A stretch of DNA of 64,000 bases from the IMG/VR virus record IMGVR_UViG_3300027848_000009, positions 64,001-128,000 of that record. One strand, given 5' to 3'. Source of the stretch: a virus. The notes under the pieces are model-generated. The model searched no databases. It was not told the DNA's origin and worked only from the letters and a program-made list of their open reading frames with translations. This document shows, one piece after another, positions 58,035-64,000 of this stretch. The position numbers and the translations under genes were made by a program. Position 1 is the stretch's first letter. The number at the start of each line of letters is the position of its first letter.

Positions 58035-58682
58035 ATGATTGATCTTGTTAAACCTTCACAAACGCTGATTGAAACATTGGTCGCCGAACATCACCTCGGA
58101 CCAACACCTGACGGAGAAAGCGTGTACGACATCCCCGTTGGATCGATCGATGGTTCCGTCTCCCGAATGCTCGAAAAGCGTAAAGATAACGTCACAATGA
58201 TGGTGAACGTCACCGGGGGGTGCGGCAACTCGATGCAGTACCCGATGCTGCAAGTTCTTGAGTACGACTACGCCGACTATGGATTCAAAATAATTTGCAT
58301 CCCAACAAACGACTACTGCGAATACGGGTATGGCGACTTCAAGGACAACTCAACCAGCACAGCCCAAGAAGCACACGACTACGCCTACTACAATTACAGG
58401 GTCAGGATGGACTTTACCGAACTCCTTATCTCCCGCCACAACCGGGAAGACGAAGATAGCAAAACCCCACACCGCCTCTACGCCAGACTCGGAATTGACG
58501 AAGGTCCAATTAGAGGAAATTTTGAGAAGTGGATAGTCTCTAGAGACGGCAAGCGTCGCGCCCGGTTCACCAACGGCTCCCTCCTCCCTGCGAATTTTGA
58601 GAGCGGCAACGACAACTACGCACCGCAGGAAGCACTGCGACGCATCCGTGGAGCAATCGAATATTTCCTAACAGAGGACTAA
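58035..58682 (+). CDS. Glutathione peroxidase-like (Cys-type) thioredoxin-fold protein
   Basis: VNVTGGCGNSMQY..LQ.L, IPTNDYC, NFEKWIVSRDG. Confidence 0.8.
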   Translation: MIDLVKPSQTLIETLVAEHHLGPTPDGESVYDIPVGSIDGSVSRMLEKRKDNVTMMVNVTGGCGNSMQYPMLQVLEYDYADYGFKIICIPTNDYCEYGYGDFKDNSTSTAQEAHDYAYYNYRVRMDFTELLISRHNREDEDSKTPHRLYARLGIDEGPIRGNFEKWIVSRDGKRRARFTNGSLLPANFESGNDNYAPQEALRRIRGAIEYFLTED

Positions 58683-58720
58683 CATCCGACGGCACGCCAA
58701 TTTGAGAGTAGTATCAAGCA

Positions 58721-58861
58721 ATGGATCCGCAACCATTCAACGCAAACGATGTCATCGCTGATCTTGCAGAACAAGTGAAGCAACTGTCACTAAACAACAC
58801 AATTCTGCGGGCGATGCTCAAGAAGACACAAGAGGAACCTGAAGCAAACCAAACAAACTAA
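58721..58861 (+). CDS. 46-aa coiled-coil protein
   Basis: MDPQPFNANDVIADLAEQVKQLSLNNTILRAML...; TAGTAT 6 nt upstream; stop overlaps next ATG. Confidence 0.6.
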   Translation: MDPQPFNANDVIADLAEQVKQLSLNNTILRAMLKKTQEEPEANQTN

Positions 58862-59283
58862 TGGAACGCGTAATCTACTCTCCAAGCGAAGACGAACTGG
58901 AAGAAGCACAGTCGATTGCCGAATCCAATGGACTGCTCATCCAAGTCGGCGACTCCGAAGCGACGAAAAACATGGACTTCGATCGCTCGAAAGTCCAAAT
59001 AATTAGCATCCCGAGCGTTCAGGAATTGCGCCTTTCCAACACCTTTTTCAAGTTGGGTCAGCTTTTGCGCGTCGAGTACATCGACGAGTTCGACAGCGTC
59101 AACGGACTGGAAATGCGCCTGAGACACGAAACGGGCCTAGTTGAGGATTCCAACGGGAAAGTTTCACCATGCGGTTCGATCATCGTTTTTCCCATCAGGC
59201 CAGCGAACAGTGGCAAATACGCTGGCGAAATTTTCGACAACGATGGCGTCATCGCTACATTCACATGCGAGGTGAGAGCGTGA
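58861..59283 (+). CDS. Hypothetical protein
   Basis: 140 aa, beta-rich C-terminal half. Confidence 0.65.
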   Translation: MERVIYSPSEDELEEAQSIAESNGLLIQVGDSEATKNMDFDRSKVQIISIPSVQELRLSNTFFKLGQLLRVEYIDEFDSVNGLEMRLRHETGLVEDSNGKVSPCGSIIVFPIRPANSGKYAGEIFDNDGVIATFTCEVRA

Positions 59284-59843
59284 AGTCCGACCACATCAAC
59301 GTAAGTCACATTGACGTCGACTTTTCCAATTTCATAGAGGCTTTAGAAAACTGGTCAAAAATGCCAGACATCCCGATTGACTGGAAGAAGGCCAAGGTTG
59401 GCAATGGGGACGTGAGTGACGGGAGATCCAATAGCGTCATCGATCTTATGCCAGTCCTTGAAAATGAAACCTTTTCAGGACATCCCGTATCTGTCGAGTT
59501 CAAACGTTTACATGTACTGATAGACGAAATTGTTACCGAATACAAGGAACGATTCGGCATCCCTCTCCGCTTCGACAACGGATGGGCAGTAAATCGATAC
59601 GAAATTAGTCAGGAATACGTCCCCCACTATGACTGGGCACCACTCGAAGACAGGGTGGTCAGCGTCGTCGTGATGGCTAATACCCCCACTTCCGGCGGAG
59701 AACTAATTTTCCCCGACCACGATCTCACGGTACCTGCAGCAGCAGGCACGGTCGTCGTTTTCCCGTCGTCCTTTCCTTACAGGCATGCATCAATGCCTGT
59801 GAAAGAAGGAACGAAATACTCGATTGTTTCTTGGTTGGGTTAA
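59280..59843 (+). CDS. Prolyl-4-hydroxylase-like 2OG-Fe(II) oxygenase
   Basis: YVPHYD, RVVS, GGELIF, FPSSFPYRH..PVKEGTKYS; GTG start overlaps previous TGA. Confidence 0.9.
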   Translation: MKSDHINVSHIDVDFSNFIEALENWSKMPDIPIDWKKAKVGNGDVSDGRSNSVIDLMPVLENETFSGHPVSVEFKRLHVLIDEIVTEYKERFGIPLRFDNGWAVNRYEISQEYVPHYDWAPLEDRVVSVVVMANTPTSGGELIFPDHDLTVPAAAGTVVVFPSSFPYRHASMPVKEGTKYSIVSWLG

Positions 59844-59845
59844 TC

Positions 59846-60409
59846 ATGTTTCCAAAAATCTACGAAGACTACATTTACGTCTACGAAAAATCCGTTGTCA
59901 TTGAAGAAGGCATGGAGGACGTGATCAGGAGGGGGACTGCCTCGGATTGGTCTTTCGTGAGTTTTACGACAGTCGTGCCGGAATCAGCCGATGTCGCGCT
60001 CTCGGAGATCGCCTCTCTCAATCCACTATCGACCCAAGTCGACGACGTTTTCCTAAATTACTTGAGAGAGAAAATTACTTCAATAGATTTTATTTCATTA
60101 GAAAATTTCCAAGATTACTGTCTATCCCATGACATTTCTGCTAAACAATTTTCTTCTTACGACATGATTAGAATTTCTTCTACAAGCAACAATGGGTTCT
60201 CTGCAATTGTAGGAGGACTGCTGCAAGACGGAATTATATCCGAGGTTGTATCTATCTCTCCGAATGATACAAAACTTGACTTTCCCCACCTCGGAATAGA
60301 AGTACCCATTTCGCAGGGTGACACAGTTTTTATTCCGGGCGGATTCCCATACTCTTTCCGATGTTTAGCAAACCCATCCAATATCTTCCTAAAACGTTCT
60401 TGTCGGTAA
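59846..60409 (+). CDS. Degenerate 2OG-Fe(II) oxygenase-fold protein (metal ligands apparently lost)
   Basis: LDFP...GDTVFIPGGFPYSF aligns with neighbour but no HxD/H. Confidence 0.5.
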   Translation: MFPKIYEDYIYVYEKSVVIEEGMEDVIRRGTASDWSFVSFTTVVPESADVALSEIASLNPLSTQVDDVFLNYLREKITSIDFISLENFQDYCLSHDISAKQFSSYDMIRISSTSNNGFSAIVGGLLQDGIISEVVSISPNDTKLDFPHLGIEVPISQGDTVFIPGGFPYSFRCLANPSNIFLKRSCR

Positions 60410-60412
60410 AAA

Positions 60413-61897
60413 TTGGGAGTTTCAAAAATCGTCATAGTCGGATCTGGCACTGCCGGACTTGTTAACGCCCTCGTTCTTAAAAAAGTGTTGAGCAAGTTAG
60501 ATGTCACCGTCGTTTCATCTGAATCAATCGGCATTATTGGTGTAGGTGAAGGAAGCACCGAGCACTGGACAACATTCGAAAAATTGACAAATATTGATCG
60601 ATCTGAGATGGTACGAGAAACCGGAGCCACCTTCAAATTTGGAATTAGATTTCTCGACTGGACAACACACACACCCGACTACTTCCATAGCATCAGTGGC
60701 GGACAGGCCACACAGGCGACCTTCAACGGAACCTACAACTGGGCGGTCGCTCAAGAAAAGCAGTTGACTCCAACATTCGGAACACCGTCGATCATCCACA
60801 ATCTGGTCAGAGAAACCGAAGAAAACATATTAGACCAAACAAACCAGTTTCATTTCGATACGTTTCTCCTGAACAAATATCTGAAAAGCAAGTGTTCAGA
60901 TGCTGGTGTCAACTTCATTGAGGGAACAGTCGTAGGGATTCGCCGCGATCCAATCACTGGAGACGTTTCAGGGATACATCTTGAGGACCGCGAAGATGTG
61001 ATCGAAGCAGACTTCGTCGTTGACGCTTCAGGTTTCCGTCGTGAGGTCATTTCCAGACTAGGGGATGCAAGGTGGGAGTCATTCGAGGATTACCTCCCTA
61101 CCGACAGCGCTGTCGTTTTCCAAACACCAGAAGACACCGTCAACGGCATAAAGCCTTACACGTTGGCAACCGCGATGAGTTCTGGCTGGATGTGGGAAAT
61201 TCCAACTATCAGTCGCCGCGGCAATGGTTACGTTTTCTCTTCATCACATATCTCTGACGAGGATGCAGTAGATGAGGCGTCGAGAGTGAGTGGCTTCGAT
61301 GTTCCAGATACCGCTCGTATCATTAGGTACAATTCTGGATACCTGAAAGAAACATGGAAGCACAACTGCGTCGCTGTCGGTCTTTCTTCCAACTTTATTG
61401 AGCCGCTTGAAGCAACATCAATTTCCGCCTCCATAAATCAGGCGATACTTTTGACGAGTTACATTCCTGCGTACTCCCCCGATGCAAGCATTATCAGGTC
61501 TGAATATTGCCGCATTTTTGATTCCATGATGGAAAACTTATTGACAATGATTTCGCTTCACTATGTTTCCAATAGGGACGATACAAGCATGTGGGCGGAT
61601 CAGAAACATCGGCCACTACCGCCCACCCTTTCCACGATTATCGAGATTATGAAGTATCGCGGTCTGGAAGAACACGACATACCAGACTGCGGATTTGATC
61701 TATTTAGATCCTTCCATTTTTGGCACGTTGCTCAGGGGCAGGGTTTGATTTCGAAAGATGTCTGCGCCAGCAATATCTCGATGCGTGGCACCAATGACCT
61801 ACTCGAACGCAGCGTTTCAGATAGCATTTCCGGAAGCCGACACGGCAAATTGATCGGACACAAAGAAGCACTCATGAAAGGTTGCAGTCGTGGCTAA
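60413..61897 (+). CDS. Flavin-dependent (tryptophan-halogenase family) halogenase
   Basis: GSGTAG, IGVGEGST, ATFKFGI (catalytic Lys position), DASGF, GWMWEIP, FIEPLEATSI. Confidence 0.92.
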   Translation: MGVSKIVIVGSGTAGLVNALVLKKVLSKLDVTVVSSESIGIIGVGEGSTEHWTTFEKLTNIDRSEMVRETGATFKFGIRFLDWTTHTPDYFHSISGGQATQATFNGTYNWAVAQEKQLTPTFGTPSIIHNLVRETEENILDQTNQFHFDTFLLNKYLKSKCSDAGVNFIEGTVVGIRRDPITGDVSGIHLEDREDVIEADFVVDASGFRREVISRLGDARWESFEDYLPTDSAVVFQTPEDTVNGIKPYTLATAMSSGWMWEIPTISRRGNGYVFSSSHISDEDAVDEASRVSGFDVPDTARIIRYNSGYLKETWKHNCVAVGLSSNFIEPLEATSISASINQAILLTSYIPAYSPDASIIRSEYCRIFDSMMENLLTMISLHYVSNRDDTSMWADQKHRPLPPTLSTIIEIMKYRGLEEHDIPDCGFDLFRSFHFWHVAQGQGLISKDVCASNISMRGTNDLLERSVSDSISGSRHGKLIGHKEALMKGCSRG

Positions 61898-62600
61898 GAA
61901 TCCAAGTTTTCACTTTCCGACCGGAAAGATTGGTCAAATCATGTATGGGGATAACTTGATCCCAAAACGAATATGTGAAGGATTGATAGATGAAAGCAGT
62001 CGCTACTTCGACAGGCTTTTCAAGCCCGGGATAACTATTAGTGGATCGAACCCCCTTGTCAAGTCGTCAAGTGACTTCAACTTTTCTAAAAAGATGATTG
62101 ATGAGGTCGGTGTCGACTCAAGCAATTTTGCATTTTACGAGAACGAAGTTTCAGTTGGTTTGTACTCGGCTATCGCCCACTACATTCAAGAATATGAAGA
62201 ATTGTGGAATTGGCCGGGCGTTCAGGATACGGGCTACCGGATGCAAAGATACTTCCGCAATCACGGTTACTACAGGGCCCACGTCGACGGCAATCCATGG
62301 GAGTCCATATCGGGTGGCGAGAAACCACGAGTACTAGGCGTGATCATCTACCTCAATGATGTCGAAGTTGGTGGAAGTACATATTTCCCCAGCCATGACG
62401 TTCATGTCCCAGCAAAAGCAGGTCGAATCAGTGTTTTCCCAACGAATTGGACCCACCCCCACATGGGGCAGGTACCGATTACTTCAGATAAGTGGATAAT
62501 CAGTACTTTTATGACCGCCGACATTTACGATCGGACACCAGCACAAGAGCCCGAAACGTACGCCAAGGATAACGAATCCTCCGAAACAGATGGCTCGTGA
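61890..62600 (+). CDS. Prolyl-4-hydroxylase-like 2OG-Fe(II) oxygenase
   Basis: YRAHVD, IIYLNDVEVGG.T.F, FPTNWTHPH.G, KWI. Confidence 0.9.
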   Translation: MAKNPSFHFPTGKIGQIMYGDNLIPKRICEGLIDESSRYFDRLFKPGITISGSNPLVKSSSDFNFSKKMIDEVGVDSSNFAFYENEVSVGLYSAIAHYIQEYEELWNWPGVQDTGYRMQRYFRNHGYYRAHVDGNPWESISGGEKPRVLGVIIYLNDVEVGGSTYFPSHDVHVPAKAGRISVFPTNWTHPHMGQVPITSDKWIISTFMTADIYDRTPAQEPETYAKDNESSETDGS

Positions 62601-62632
62601 TGGTAAAATAAGGTTTAAGGTTGGAGGTAACC

Positions 62633-62779
62633 ATGGCTGAACCAGAGGAAGACTACGTCCCAGAAGGGTGGGACCCCGAACTTCAGAGATTTGTTCGTGA
62701 CGACGGAGCAGCCGATCCCGTTGTCACCTGTTTCGTTTTTGAAAACAACCCGATTTACGAGAATGAGGAATCAGAATAA
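62633..62779 (+). CDS. 48-aa acidic peptide
   Basis: MAEPEEDYVPEGWDPELQRFVRDDG...ENEESE; GGAGG RBS; TGGTAAAAT promoter at 62601; stop overlaps next ATG. Confidence 0.65.
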   Translation: MAEPEEDYVPEGWDPELQRFVRDDGAADPVVTCFVFENNPIYENEESE

Positions 62780-63063
62780 TGGGAAAGTACGACATCGATG
62801 ACGATTATGGCTTTCGCATCACACAGATCGCTCGACTCATCTCACTTTGCGGTGAAGACGAGACGCGGGCCACAGAAATTACCGTCGACGAACTGACGGG
62901 CCTGCTGGCCGGGCACTACTACCCAAACGCGAGCCCGACGTCGCCTATGAACACAAACGCCGAGAAGGTGTTGTATCGAGTTTTCTACAGAACAAAAGAG
63001 CAAGCAAGAACGAACTGCTATTACCGCGACATTCTGAAAGCAAGGATGTTTGGAGATGTCTAA
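62779..63063 (+). CDS. Hypothetical protein (apparent paralog of 56700-57035)
   Basis: LCGEDE...ITVDEL pattern. Confidence 0.65.
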   Translation: MGKYDIDDDYGFRITQIARLISLCGEDETRATEITVDELTGLLAGHYYPNASPTSPMNTNAEKVLYRVFYRTKEQARTNCYYRDILKARMFGDV

Positions 63064-63763
63064 CATGACCCCAATCCAACTCTATTCGGTGACCGAGGCG
63101 CTTTCGAATCCCAGCCACCACACCACAGACACAATCGAAAACCGCAAGGCTTTTGGACAAGCGGTCAAAAAAGAAGAAATCCAGCTTGGCGCCCAGCAAG
63201 ACAGGAACTCCACTGGATGGTCCACCGAGATCGCGCATTACGAGATGCTCTCACTGGGGTCGTTCAACTTCAACGTCATCCTCTCTGGGTATCTCACCGC
63301 CCTAGAGGGAATTATCAGGTCAGCGAACCCCAGTAAACTCTTTTGTAGCGGTGGCGCATCTCTGCGTGTCGTCAGTCAGGGCGATTTTGGAGCGGAACTT
63401 TTCGTTGAAAACTCCATCCACCTCGACTACATCGAGCGGCACATCGGCATTCCTGATGACGTCACTTATAATATAATTACGCATACAGATGTCGAGTCCG
63501 GAACATTCCCGGCTCAACTCGACTGCGCCATCCTAGATACTGTGACGGCATCAAGAAATATTCATATTCTTGACTCGTTGATTAACAACATTCCTTCAGG
63601 GAAGACGATAATCCTGACAGTCTCTCTGGATCAAGGCTTTCTGGCCCAATACGGGGATAATCATGACTTCTGGCCAATGTTCAGAGACCTCGCTAGTCGT
63701 GATGACATCCGAGTCCACCACATCCCCCTATCGCTTGGTCTAACTATCATCACAAAACGTTGA
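63056..63763 (+). CDS. Class I SAM methyltransferase-like fold protein (divergent; apparent paralog of 55934-56707)
   Basis: NPSKLFCSG, LDCAILD, LINNIPSGKTIIL, RDDIRVHHIP..LGLTIITK. Confidence 0.5.
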   Translation: MSNMTPIQLYSVTEALSNPSHHTTDTIENRKAFGQAVKKEEIQLGAQQDRNSTGWSTEIAHYEMLSLGSFNFNVILSGYLTALEGIIRSANPSKLFCSGGASLRVVSQGDFGAELFVENSIHLDYIERHIGIPDDVTYNIITHTDVESGTFPAQLDCAILDTVTASRNIHILDSLINNIPSGKTIILTVSLDQGFLAQYGDNHDFWPMFRDLASRDDIRVHHIPLSLGLTIITKR

Positions 63764-63782
63764 AATAGTGTAGGCTGCAGCA

Positions 63783-64000
63783 ATGGCCGACCTGAACAGC
63801 GATAAAATTATTACCGCTCGATTTCTGGGCGATATTCCAGAGGTGAAGCCGGGCCAAATTCTGGTTGCACCGTCTAGTAATAGGATGTACGACGAGAGAA
63901 TTCATCCAGTCGATAACTTTCTTAACTTCCCTCAGTGGTTCAAAGATCTGGATTCCGAGCAGCAAACGCTCAAGAGGTGTCAAGGTACTCAAGACTATTT
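63783..64000 (+). CDS. Partial protein with P.WFK...T.KRC..DY motif (DUF6065-related phage family)
   Basis: ATG 63783, TAGGCT 6 nt upstream; open to window end; not in ORF track. Confidence 0.65.
   Translation, partial: MADLNSDKIITARFLGDIPEVKPGQILVAPSSNRMYDERIHPVDNFLNFPQWFKDLDSEQQTLKRCQGTQDY

Larger units (their letters stand above)
1..64000. mobile_element. Large contractile-tailed bacteriophage genome segment (probable actinobacterial host)
   Basis: Portal, HK97 protease, TerL, sheath, tube, tape measure, baseplate, fibres and holin all present; no host housekeeping genes or integrase seen. Confidence 0.95.

Noticed and set aside
58035-58682. Selenoprotein or stop-codon recoding
   Set aside because: The active site is a TGC codon; genes across the window are intact under the standard code
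63750-63992. Minus-strand 80-aa ORF
   Set aside because: The plus-strand frame from 63783 has a promoter-like box and a recognisable motif; the minus ORF is its shadow
1-64000. tRNA/rRNA genes, integrase or att sites
   Set aside because: None recognised by eye and intergenic gaps are short; a tRNAscan/Infernal run would be needed to exclude them fully

Overview
This window is 64 kb of a large tailed (myovirus-type, contractile tail) phage genome, most likely of an actinobacterial host (r1t-type holin; many leaderless TAnnnT-N6/7-ATG promoters). No integrase, host housekeeping genes, tRNA, rRNA or CRISPR array were seen. Layout: (i) 1-16.5 kb, minus strand: HK97-type portal, a ~1640-aa prohead protease fusion, a PepSY-like protein and two very large zincin-bearing head-associated proteins. 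The major capsid gene is not in the window. (ii) 16.5-26 kb, plus strand: TerL split by an Ala1/class-3-type LAGLIDADG intein, a Sak/Cas4-like/HNH/RuvC recombination block, and a 2OG-oxygenase/ParB/IbrA/IbrB-like putative DNA-modification block. (iii) 26-48.5 kb: neck, sheath, tube, frameshifted chaperone, tape measure, baseplate, holin and fibres. (iv) 48.5-64 kb: a small protein ending in 17 FPP(H/F/S) tetrapeptide repeats, followed by a dense tailoring-enzyme island (7 prolyl-hydroxylase-like 2OG-Fe(II) oxygenases, a degenerate eighth, TauD-like dioxygenase, flavin-dependent halogenase, 2 methyltransferase-like proteins, glutathione-peroxidase-like, NAD-binding and DUF6065-like proteins). 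The best candidate for an undescribed system is this repeat-substrate plus enzyme island, possibly a phage protein-decoration or RiPP-like pathway. The second is a set of protease-processed head polyproteins sharing short motifs. All family assignments come from motif recognition by eye, not from database searches.
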